In this document: piece by piece, positions 1 through 11,188 of the stretch | How positions within the stretch are numbered: position 1 is the stretch's first letter | Layout of the letters: each line of letters starts with the position of its first letter | From: Macrostomum lignano | Taxonomy: Eukaryota | Reading direction: 5' to 3' | NCBI GenBank assembly: GCA_002269645.1 | Contig: NIVC01000981.1 | Location: 124,001-188,000 of the forward strand | DNA length: 64,000 nt | Translations under genes and position numbers: made by a program | Notes under the pieces: generated by a model | The model's database searches: none | What the model was told of the DNA's origin: nothing | The model's input: the letters and a program-made list of their open reading frames with translations, nothing else

Positions 1-102
1 AGGAGGGGCGGGTTTGTACGCAGCTATTAAATGAATGTACGGTGGGGGTAGGAAGGAGACGCTCTAGTGGAGGGGTGGGGCAAGACGGGGCTGAGGAAGT
101 CT

Positions 103-2656
103 TTAGAATTTAAAAAGGGTCAGTGATAAGTGGGCAGATAAGTGGGACTGGGACTCTGGCTGTAAATCTAGACTCATTTCTCTTTAAGGCACAATTCACG
201 AATGCAAAAATTTGTTAAACCATTCTCTCCAAGCTTACAGTAAAGTTATTTTTGCAGTTATATCTAGAAAACTGCAACTGCAGCCAACTATTGACCGTTA
301 GTGGACGAACTATGCTGAAACTGCACACAATTAAATCGCGGCTTGACTGACCAATCCATTTTCGCATGCACTCGTGCAGTTTTTGGGACTCCTGATGCTT
401 CGGCGTCGAATATTGAACTCTCGATTGAACAGTAGTTACGCTGTTCTTGCAACCAAAATTTACCTGGAAATATAAGGTCTTTTTAATTAATGACTAAATG
501 TAAATCAGATAATAATCAAATAAGATCTGCTACTTTCAGTGAGGTTGAGCTTCTACTCACATTGAAATTGATGCGGAACAGACCACCCTGTTTGATGAGT
601 ATTTTGCTTCTTTGGCCGTTTTCGTCCTCTTCAATCTTGACCATCTTAATAGACGGGTCGATTGCGGCGAAGTTCACAGCTGAAGTTGGGGCATTAGCAG
701 GTGAGCAATCAATCTTTGTTTGGCTTAGCAGCGAGTTTGTACTGAAAATAGTTTGGCTTCAGTTGAAAAAGTTGCTTGTAGTTCCCGGCTGTCGGGCTTC
801 GTGTTTTGCAAAGTGCAATTGGGCATCTCATATTTTATACCTTCATTATATCTACCTCCGCCCTTAATTCTACGCTCGTAAGTCCACAATCTACCTCCGC
901 CCTCTACCTTCACCCTTCTAACTACACCCCCACTATCTCCGCCCCCTCCATCTCCGCTCTCTACCTCCGCCCTTTACTTCCGCCCTTCTAACTACACCCT
1001 CTCTATCTCCGCCCCTCTATACCTCTGTCCTCTACCCCGCCTTCTACATCTACCTTCACCCTCTATCTTCACTCCTCTACCTTCGCACTTCAAGTAAGTG
1101 TGCTATAAACAGTGAATTGAATGACTAAATATAATTTTTGTGCACGGGTATAATTCAGACTGGCAAAGCAGCGGCTTCATGTGTTTATATCAAACATTGA
1201 CGGTTGACGAAAGACCAGTTTCGTTAAACAATTTGCTGGCTAAATGTACGCCAGAAAATATGGAAGTTCAGGCCAAGAAAATAATTGTATACTATAGACG
1301 TAATTGCTGAGTAAGCAATTCATATGCCCGGCAAATGGACTTACAGCCAAGACCCGTGAGGCTTGGAGACTCGAATTTCGACGACAAGTTGATCCACTCT
1401 TGTGATACTCGTACCTGCGCCATGTTGGTGTGGGGGAGTTTTCTACTGAATAGTTAGCTAACTAATGAATCAGGAACAACACATGATTAGCTTTAGTTAA
1501 CTTCGTCTGTCTATATAATTATCCTAATTTTCGTCCACTAAATATTCCTTTCATTCTTCCCTGAATTTTTCAATTTTCCATGACGAATCTATCCCTTCAT
1601 TACTATGAATCTGCCGTAGACTAAATCGTAGTAAATTTTGCAGAATTTTCTGCCCAGAATCTACAGAATTTTCTGCCAAGAATCTACAGAATTTTCTGCC
1701 AAGAATCTACAGAATTTTCTGCCCAGAATCTACAGAATTTTCTGCCAAGAATCTAACAGAATTTTCTGCCAAGAATCTACAGAATTTTCTGCCCAGAATC
1801 TACAGAATTTTCTGCCAAGAATCTCAGAATTTATTATCTAGAATTTGCAGAATTTTTAGCTGAAAATATATTTTCTTTCGCCTAAAATCCCATTCTTTTT
1901 ACCATTTTCAGTGTCAGCTCACCAGTCCATTATCCTTTAACAGCCGCAGCGGGCCAAAAAGCACTACGGTCAATGTCAGACCACAGGCCAACAGCAAATG
2001 AAGAAAAAATGCAACCAAAGACCAGGCGCAATTTCTGCTTTTGAAGCAGTTGCAGAAACCTTTACAGACGTTACGCTTTGGATATGCTTGCCAATGTGGT
2101 TGTGCAGTAGGTGGTGGATGTTGTGGTCGAGGTTGTGGTTGAGGTTGTGGTCGAGGTTGTGGTCGAGGTTGTGGTTGAGGTTGTGGTTGAGGTTGTGGTG
2201 GAGTTTGTGGTCGAGGTTGTGGTCGAGGTTGTGGTCGAGGTTGTGGCTTAGGTGGAGGTTGTGGTATAGGTTTAGGTGGAGGTTGTGGTTTAGGTTTAGG
2301 TGGAGGTTGTGGTCTAGGTTTAGGTGGAGGTTGTGGTCTAGGTTTAGGTGGAGGTTGTGGTGGAGTTTGCGGAGGTGACGTTTTTCCGTGTCTCGGCGGT
2401 CGCGGCGGAGGTGAAGCTGGAGTAATTTTTTCAATCTCTACATATTCCGGCTCCGAAGTCACTGTAACGGGAGAGTTGAAAGAGGTTCGGACGGGAGTTA
2501 TCTACATGTAGTTCGTGACGGTATGAGAATATAGTTTTATGCAATAATAACTGGTTTCATACCAGGATCCACCATCATAATGCCGTCAATTGTAGGCACC
2601 AATGTGCAATACGCATGACCGCTACTGACACGACATTGAGAATGAGAACAAGCCAT
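103..2656 (-). CDS. Type II transmembrane protein, Pro-rich cytoplasmic tail plus putative TNF-homology ectodomain (FasL-like layout), 397 aa, 6 exons
   Basis: Exons 2563-2656, 1923-2461, 1345-1442, 561-741, 239-463, 103-159. All junctions are GT-AG and phase-compatible (1194 nt, no internal stop). There is no signal peptide. Features are QPPPKP/QPRP repeats, a Cys cluster, a TM segment (AWSLVAFFLHLLLACGLTLTVVLF), KILIKQGGLFRINFNVNF, CSFSIVRPLTVNSWLQLQF and C-terminal HLSLTLFKF*, which resemble TNF-family strands. Confidence 0.65.
1633..1835. repeat. ~22-23-bp minisatellite (CAGAATCTACAGAATTTTCTGCC), short version
   Basis: Tandem array in intron 2 of the TNF-like gene. Confidence 0.9.
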
Positions 2657-2977
2657 TGCGAGTGAAACAGCAGAAGTAGAGTCCAGGTGTTCCTATTAGT
2701 CCGGCAGCTTAGCATTAGCTTTGTAAGCGCAGTTAATTCTGGCTCCAGTTATACTTCATAGAATAAATAAATTTAATTGGCTCAGGTAGCTTATCCAAGT
2801 AAGATTCCAGAGTGACATTCTTTTCTTAAACTTCTACTAGATAAAAATAGAATAAAAATAGGTTTTCTAGCCGCTATTTTAGGCACCAGGTGGTTTCAAT
2901 TTCAAAAAGAATTAATAGAATTTCGAGTATGATAATATAAAATCATTAGTTACACTTGCGTGATCTCATTTTGAGTG

Positions 2978-3158
2978 AGGGTTTGTAGCCTAGTGGTGAG
3001 AGCATCGGACTCACGACTTGATGGTTGGGGGTTCGATTTCCGATCGCACTAGAACAACTTGTATTCTTGAGAAAGACACTTAACTCTTGCATTGCTTCAG
3101 TTCACCCAGCTGTAAAATGGGTGTCAGCATTAGCTGGGGTAATTGAGGGTGTGTGCCA
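2978..3158 (+). mobile_element. tRNA-derived SINE with CORE/MIR-like body
   Basis: A-box TAGCCTAGTGG (2986-2996) and B-box GGTTCGATTTCC (~3030-3041). The body TTGAGAAAGACACTTAAC...TCAGTT...CTGTAAAATGGG resembles the MIR core. A second copy lies at 55921. Confidence 0.75.
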
Positions 3159-3249
3159 CGCTTCATGTTTTACAGAGTGCAATTAGACTTCTCGGTTTTA
3201 TACCTTCATTATGTCTACCTCGGCCCTTACACTTTTAACCCCTCTATCT

Positions 3250-3493
3250 CCGGTCCAGCACCGACTGCAGACGATCGAGCAGAAGCCGGTTGAAGAGCTT
3301 CGGGGTGCAGGACATCAGCGAGATCCCGCGGTGGTCTTCTTTCCGCGTTGTCAATGCCTTCTTCGGGATCGGCACGATGTGCGCGACGGTCCACTCGGTG
3401 GTGGGCGCAGGAGCGCCGACGAGCACGCGGTTCATGACGCCTGTGACCCGGGAGGCCACACAGCGGAGCTGCAGCGCCTCGACCGTAACCAGT
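3250..3493 (-). mobile_element. Non-LTR retrotransposon (LINE) reverse-transcriptase fragment
   Basis: WTVAHIVPIPKK...HRGISLMSCTPKLFNRLLLDRL is the typical N-terminal RT motif of RTE/CR1/L2-type LINEs. It is truncated and adjoins a (TTG)n-like tract at ~3495-3580. Confidence 0.8.
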
Positions 3494-3748
3494 TGCTGTT
3501 GTTGCTGTTGTTGTTGCTGTTTTTGTTGTTTTTTGTTGTTGTCTTTGTTGCTTTTGTTGTTTTTGCTGTTGTACGTTGCAGTTATAACGCCGGACCAAGT
3601 GAGCGAGACAGAGAGGGGAAATTAGAGGGAGAGATGGAGGCAGATGTACACTGCCCCACACCTACTACAAGCTACCTCCAGCCCTCCATCTCTAACCTCT
3701 ATATCCGCCTCTACCCCCGCCCTCTGCATGTACCCTCTCTATCTCCGC

Positions 3749-4919
3749 TGTTACAGTTTAGACTTTCCGGGGTTTTTTTGTCTGGCCCGGATATCCGAAC
3801 GCACTTACGATATCCGCCCGGATACTGCCAAGCAAAAAGCCTGCTTTGTTTTCTCCTAACCGGATATCTTGAGCTGCTTTGCATTGTCCGGGCACTTTGA
3901 GATGTCTCTCCCGGACATCCTACGGCACTGACTCTGCTATCCGGCCCGGAGATCACAAGAAGGGGAAGTTGTCGTAGGACATCCGACTGTAGGTTGAAAG
4001 AGAGGGGTCAGTCTGCGGAGACAGAGGTTTGCTTTAGGACATCCGGCTACTGATATCCGGGGTTAGGAAAGGCAAAGTAAGAAAACATTTTTGCTACTTT
4101 TTCAATTGGCAAACATCTGCGTCATGCTTATTTAACCGAGTGTATTTTCAATCACTATCTTGCATTTCACACTCCAAACAGAAGCAAAATTAAAGCTATT
4201 GATACTATACATTGTCAGCCGAAAAACTGTTACTTGATTCACCAATCTATTCATACATGTAATTCGATCAATCAAAAACAGGCCATCCGCTGAATGAAGC
4301 GTGAAGTTTTTGCTCTTTTCTCTCATTTTTCTTTTTAGATTATCTCTCTCTTTCGTACTGGAATTTTCCGGAAGCTCAACATACTCGTTCAAAACATAAA
4401 GAACACTTGGTTCAGCGATACTTTAGCCATCGAGAGATAAATTTTCCTGAACTTAGAACTTCGACAAGAAATAAACTCTGTATATCTTAAAAGTTACGTG
4501 TAATATACTCGTAATTTGCGCAACACTTTCCCTTGTGTGCTATTAGCTCGTACACTCATCTTCATTGCACGTACGCTTGTAGTGCTAGCAATGTGACGCC
4601 AGTCCATTATCGATTTATTCTTAGACTGCACCTCATCTGCCCCTCCCCTGTCTAAGGTGCAGTCAGGGCCCTTCCCTGGCCTCTGAGTCAGCCCCATTCT
4701 CTCGAAATGATGTCCTGCCCCATTCACATGCGCTTTATCAGGTAAATAACTTGACCACCAATCTTTATTCACCCCGGACAATTTAAGACCCAGGATATTT
4801 CAAAGCCCGATTTTGTTGTGCCTTGAATTATCCAGGGTAGGTTATCGCAAAGCGACAATAATTTTGCTTTGCAGTGTCCCCCGGATAAATTAAGACCCCG
4901 GAGAACAGAAAGCCTAACA
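3749..4919. mobile_element. 1171-bp insertion with TGTTA...TAACA ends and 4-bp TSD CCGC (Ginger1-like non-autonomous transposon or solo LTR)
   Basis: CCGC at 3745-3748 and 4920-4923. Imperfect ~27-bp terminal inverted repeats share TGTTA and TCCGGGGT. Internal remnant EYVELPENSSTKERDNLKRKMREKSKNFTL resembles gypsy/GIN-type integrase N-terminal regions. Confidence 0.7.
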
Positions 4920-5289
4920 CCGCCCCTCTACCCCGCCCTCTACCTCAATTTCCTCTACTTCCACTCTCTACCTTCGCACTTTAATTAAGTAAGTGTGTTA
5001 TAAACAGTATGAAACAAATGACTAAATATAGATTTATGTGCATGTGTATATTCTAGATTAATAATTAGGAACCACATCGCGTACGCAGGCAGAGAGCCAC
5101 GGTTTCATGTTTACAACAATTACGCTCGTAGAATCGTCTTTCAAAAAAAAACATCTCGCAAAAATAACTAGCTGGCTATAAATAAATGTACGCCAGAAAA
5201 TATGGAAGTTCGGCTTCAGGCCAAGAAAATATCCTAATATAGACGTTAATTTCGAGTACATGTAAGCATTTCATTTGTCTAGCAAATGA

Positions 5290-7244
5290 ACTTACAGTCA
5301 CGAACCATGGGGTTGTAGACTCGAATTTCGACGACAAGTTGATCCACTCTTGTGATACTCGTACCTGTGCCATGTTGGTGTGGGAGGAGTTTTCTATAGT
5401 TACTGAATACACGTAGGCACGTAGGTAATTAGCTGATGAATCAGGAACAGCACATAATTAGCGTTGGTCTGCTATGTCTGTCCATAATTACCTTCATTTT
5501 TGCCCCTCCCCCATGAATCTTTCTTCCTCTCTTTCCTGAATTTTCAATTCTCAATCCCAAGTCTATCCCCCTCATTGCAATGAATCTGCCGAAGTTTCTG
5601 CTTTGAAACTACTTAAATTTTATACCAAGAATCTGCCGAATTTTCTTTCCAGAATCTGCAGTACTTCTGCCCAGAATCTGCCGAATTTTCTGCCCAGAAT
5701 CTGCCAAATTTTCTGCCCAGAATCTACAGAATTTTCTGCCCAGAAGCTGCCGATTTTCTGCCCAGAATCTGCCGAATTTTCTGCCCAGAATCTGCCGAAT
5801 TTTCTGCCCAGAATCTGCCGAATTTTCAGCCCAGAATCTGCCGAATTTTCTGCCCAGAATCTGCCGAATTTTCTGCCCAGAATCTGCCAAATTTTCTGCC
5901 CAGAATCTGCCAAATTTTCTGCCCAGAAGCTGCCGAATTTTCTGCCCAGAATCTGCCAAATTTTCTGCCCAGAATCTGCAGTACTTCTGCCCAGAATCTG
6001 CCAAATTTTCTGCCCAGAATCTGCAGTACTTCTGCCCAGAATCTGCCAAATTTTCTGCCCAGAATCTGCAGTACTTCTGCCCAGAATCTACAGAATTTTC
6101 TGCCCAGAATCTGACAAATTTTCTGCCCAGAAGCTGCCGAATTTTCTGCCCAGAATCTGCCGAATTTTCTGCCCAGAATCTGCCGAATTTTCTGCCCAGA
6201 ATCTGCCGAATTTTCTGCCCAGAATCTGCCGAATTTTCTGCCCAGAATCTGCAGTACTTCTGCCCAGAAGCTGCCAAATTTTCTGCCTAGAAGCTGCCGA
6301 ATTTTCTGCCCAGAATCTGCCAAATTTTCTGCCCAGAATCTGCAGTACTTCTGCCCAGAATCTGCCAAATTTTCTGCCCAGAATCTGCCGAATTTTCTGC
6401 ATAGAATCTGCCAAATTTTCTGCCCAGAATCTGCCAAATTTTCTGCCCAGAATCTGCAGTACTTCTGCCCAGAATCTGCCGAATTTTCTGCCCAGAAGCT
6501 GCCAAATTTTCTGCCCAGAATCTGCCGAATTTTCTGCATAGAATCTGCCAAATTTTCTGCCCAGAATCTACAGAATTTTCTGCCCAGAAGCTGCCAAATT
6601 TTCTGCCTAGAAGCTGCCGAATTTTCTGCCCAGAATCTACAGAATTTTCTGCCAAGAATCTCAGAATTTATTATCTAGAATTTGCAGAATTTTTAGCTGA
6701 AAATATATTTTCTTTCGCCTAAAATACCTTTCTTTTACCATTTTCAGTGTCAGCTCACCAGTCCATTATCCTTTAACAGCCGCAGCGGGCCAAAAAGCAC
6801 TACGGTCAATGTCAGACAACAGGCCAACAGCAAATGAAGAAGAAATGCAACCAAAGACCAGGCGCAATTTCTGCTTTTGAAGCAGTTGCAGAAACCTTTA
6901 CAGACGTTACGCTTTGGATATGCTTGCCAATGTGGTTGTGCAGTTGGTGGTTGAGGCTGAGGTTGTGGTCGAGGTTGTGGTTTAGGTGGAGGTGAGGTTG
7001 TGGTGGAGGTGAAACTAGAATATTTTCAATCTCACCATAGATCGGCTGAGAACTCACTGAAACAAGAATGTTGAAGGAAGGAGGTTCGCACGGGAGTAGG
7101 TCCAAATGATATGAGAATATTATCCGTAACAATATTTGACAAAAATAGTATAGCTTCACCAGGATCCAACCCTATACTTCCGTTGCTGGTAAGCATCAAT
7201 GTGCAATACTCATCGCCATTGACATGACATGGAGAACAAGTCAT
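5290..7244 (-). pseudogene. Disrupted tandem paralogue of the 103-2656 gene
   Basis: Exon 1 (7160-7244, MTCSPCHVNGDEYCTL...DP), exon 2 (from 7056) and an exon 3 equivalent (~5295-5392) align to copy 1. A 1-nt frameshift in the Pro-repeat leads to a stop near 6812. No exon 4-6 equivalents were seen downstream. Confidence 0.7.
5620..6665. repeat. Same 22-23-bp minisatellite family, expanded about five-fold
   Basis: CAGAATCTGCCGAATTTTCTGCC tandem array in the homologous intron of the duplicate. Confidence 0.95.
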
Positions 7245-7552
7245 TGCGCGTTGTTGGTTGCGTTGTTGTAACAGCCGGAACTAGAATTTTAGGTTCTGCA
7301 GCTGACACAGCTTCATTCTGGCTTTAATTATAATTCCTAGAATACGTAGATTCAGGTAAGTTTTGAACCAACCAACGTCCTTTTCGTAACTTTCAAGTGA
7401 ATACGAGCCGTTAAAATAGACCAGCAATATGTCTCTTGCCGTTATTTTAGACACACAATGGCGAACACAAGGATATTCCTGATTATATCTGAATCGCATA
7501 ACCCCACCAAAGAATGGTCGCTTGTGCCTAACTTCATATTTACATGTAGAGT

Positions 7553-10053
7553 GACTAATGAATATCCTAATTGAATTGGCTAATGAATCCCCTAATTGAA
7601 TTGGCTAATGAATATACTAATTGAATTGGCTAATGAATATCCTAATTGAATTGGCTAATGAATCCCCTAATTGAATTGGCTAATGAATATCCTAATTGAA
7701 TTGGCTAATGAATCCCCTAATTGAATTGGCTAATGAATATACTAATTGAATTGGCTAATGAATATCCTAATTGAATTGGCTAATGAATCCCCTAATTGAA
7801 TTGGCTAATGAATATACTAATTGAATTGGCTAATGAATATCCTAATTGAATTGGCTAATGAATATCCTAATTGAATTGGCTAATGAATATCCTAATTGAA
7901 TTGGCTAATGAATATACTAATTGAATTGGCTAATGAATATACTAATTAAATTGGCTAATGAATATCCTAATTGAATTGGCTAATGAATATCCTAATTGAA
8001 TTGGCTAATGAATCCCCTAATTGAATTGGCTAATGAATATACTAATTGAATTGGCTAATGAATATACTAATTGAATTGGCTAATGAATATACTAATTGAA
8101 TTGGCTAATGAATATACTAATTGAATTGGCTAATGAATATACTAATTGAATTGGCTAATGAATATACTAATTGAATTGGCTAATGAATATACTAATTGAA
8201 TTGGCTAATGAATATACTAATTGAATTGGCTAATGAATCCCCTAATTGAATTGGCTAATGAATATACTAATTGAATTGGCTAATGAATCCCCTAATTGAA
8301 TTGGCTAATGAATCCCCTAATTGAATTGGCTAATGAACCCCATTTGAATTGGCTAATGAATCCCCTAATTGAATTGGCTAATGAATCCCCTAATTGAATT
8401 GGCTAATGAATATCCTAATTGAATTGGCTAATGAATATACTAATTGAATTGGCTAATGAATATCCTAATTGAATTGGCTAATGAATATACTAATTGAATT
8501 GGCTAATGAATATACTAATTGAATTGGCTAATGAATCCCCTAATTTAATTGGCTAATGAATATACTAATTGAATTGGCTAATGAATCCCCTAATTGAATT
8601 GGCTAATGAATCCCCTAATTGAATTGGCTAATAAATCACCTAATTGAATTGGCTAATGAATCTCCTAATTGAATTGGCTAATGAATCCCCTAATTGAATT
8701 GGCTAATGAATCCCCTAATTTAATTGGCTAATGAATCCCCTAATTTAATTGGCTAATGAATCCCCTAATTTAATTGGCTAATAAATCCCCTAATTGAATT
8801 CGCTAATGAATCCCCTAATTGAATTGGCTAATAAATCACCTAATTGAATTGGCTAATGAATCTCCTAATTGAATTGGCTAATGAATCCCCTAATTTAATT
8901 GGCTAATAAATCCCCTAATTGAATTGGCTAATGAATCACCTAATTGAATTGGCTAATGAATCCCCTAATTTAATTGGCTAATGAATATACTAATTGAATT
9001 GGCTAATGAATCCCCTAATTGAATTGGCTAATGAATCCCCTAATTGAATTGGCTAATAAATCACCTAATTGAATTGGCTAATGAATATCCTAATTGAATT
9101 GGCTAATGAATATACTAATTGAATTGGCTAATGAATATACTAATTGAATTGGCTAATGAATATACTAATTGAATTGGCTAATGAATCCCCTAATTTAATT
9201 GGCTAATGAATATACTAATTGAATTGGCTAATGAATCCCCTAATTGAATTGGCTAATGAATCCCCTAATTGAATTGGCTAATAAATCACCTAATTGAATT
9301 GGCTAATGAATCTCCTAATTGAATTGGCTAATGAATCCCCTAATTGAATTGGCTAATGAATCCCCTAATTTAATTGGCTAATGAATCCCCTAATTTAATT
9401 GGCTAATGAATCCCCTAATTTAATTGGCTAATAAATCCCCTAATTGAATTCGCTAATGAATCCCCTAATTGAATTGGCTAATAAATCACCTAATTGAATT
9501 GGCTAATGAATCTCCTAATTGAATTGGCTAATGAATCCCCTAATTTAATTGGCTAATAAATCCCCTAATTGAATTGGCTAATGAATCACCTAATTGAATT
9601 GGCTAATGAATCCCCTAATTTAATTGGCTAATAAATCACCTGATTGAATTGGCTAATGAATCCCCTAATTGAATTGGCTAATGAATCCCCTAATTAAATT
9701 GGCTAATAAATCCCCTAATTAAATTGGCTAATGAATCTCCTAATTGAATTGGCAAATGAATCTCCTAATTGAATTGGCTAATGAATCTCCTAATTGAATT
9801 GGCTAATGAATCTCCTAATTAAATTGGCTAATAAATCCCCTAATTAAATTGGCTAATGAATTTCCTAATTGAATTGGCTAATGAATCTCCTAATTGAATT
9901 GGCTAATGAATCTCCTAATTGAATTGGCTAATGAATCTCCTAATTGAATTGGCTAATGAATCCCCTAATTGAATCGGCTAATGAATCCCCTAATTAAATT
10001 GGCTAATGAATCCCCTAATTAAATTGGCTAATGAATCCCCTAATTGAATTGGC
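7553..10053. repeat. 25-bp minisatellite (AATATCCTAATTGAATTGGCTAATG), about 100 copies
   Basis: Visible tandem periodicity. Confidence 0.95.
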
Positions 10054-10579
10054 TTGTCCAGCAAGGCGGCTGCAGTGATTTCAGTAGTGATGGAAGTCAG
10101 TAGTGAAATTTCAGTTTTGTACATTTTTAGTTGGCTTCTGCTTAAAAAATTAATAGTGCGCAGTTGACCAACTGACTGAATATTTTATTTGTTATACTTA
10201 GTCACTGTTAGGTTTGAAAACTAAAAAAATAATTTACGCGCATTTTTCTAGACTACTTAAAGTAGGAGTATTTAATTAAGTTTTTATAAAAAATAACCAT
10301 TGCGACTGTAGATGTGCATACACAGTGGAACAGGAACAAAATTAGAAACATTTTTCTGGATTAAACGATCCGGGCCAGTTTATTATTAGTTTAGAATGGA
10401 GTGCTGGATCCATCAAGCATGAACATGAAATTTGTGAATCAGTTTATTCACTGATGTATCCACGACTATTCATTATCGATGGTGAACGCTCTACAAAGTT
10501 AACGCCTGCTTACAGAGCAATGAGAAATGTAAAGAGGAAAATTAACAGAGGGACTCAGGACAACCAAGCAGACTGCTAA

Positions 10580-11100
10580 CAGAGAGCTGGAGAGTGGAGG
10601 GAGTGAGAGAGGGAGAGGGCGAAAAAGAGGGAGAAGGGGAGAGAGGAAAAGAGGGAGAGAAGAGTAGAGAGGGAGAGGAAGAGGGGGAGTGGGAGAGAGG
10701 GTGGGAGAGAGGGAGAGGGAGAGTGGGGGAGGGTGGGAGAGAGGGAGAGGGAGAGTGGGGGAGGGTGGGAGAGAGGGAGAGGGAGAGTGGGGGAGGGTGG
10801 GAGATAGGGAGAGAGGACTGGAAGAGAGGGAGAGTGCGGGAGGGAGGGAGTGGGAGAGAGAGCGGGAGTGGGAGAGAGGGAGAGGAGAGGGGGGAGGGGA
10901 GTGGAAGAGAGGGAGAGGAAGAAAGGGGAGAGGGAGAGAGGAGAGGGGGGAGGGGAGTGGAAGAGAAGGAGAGGAAGAAAGGGGAGAGGGAGAGAGGAGA
11001 GGGGGGAGGGGAGTGGAAGAGAGGGAGAGGAAGAAAGGGGAGAGGGAGAGAGGAGAGCGGGGAGGGGAGTGGAAGAGAGGGAGAGATCAAGAAGGAAGCA
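10580..11100. repeat. Purine-rich (GA/G) low-complexity tract
   Basis: Almost only A and G, downstream of the CHMP7 stop. Confidence 0.9.
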
Positions 11101-11188
11101 GTCAGTAAGCAGAGGCAGTGCAGCAGACGCAAAAGCCAAGCCAGAAGTGAGTGAGTGCTGAACACTCAATCAAACCCAACACGGCAGC

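Noticed and set aside
2978-3050. tRNA gene
   Set aside because: A and B boxes are present but no convincing cloverleaf, and it continues into a SINE body repeated elsewhere.
5603-6655. Long ORFs in the track over minisatellites (also 13603-14621, 26600-27165, 28026-28940, 49776-50822, 52379-53188, 58002-59093, 59615-60634, 62300-63307)
   Set aside because: They are stop-free tandem repeats open in several frames, mostly inside introns of well-supported genes, and have no domain content.
7553-10053. Regular 20-40-bp repeats as CRISPR arrays
   Set aside because: There are no unique spacers or cas genes, and the context is a spliced eukaryotic genome.
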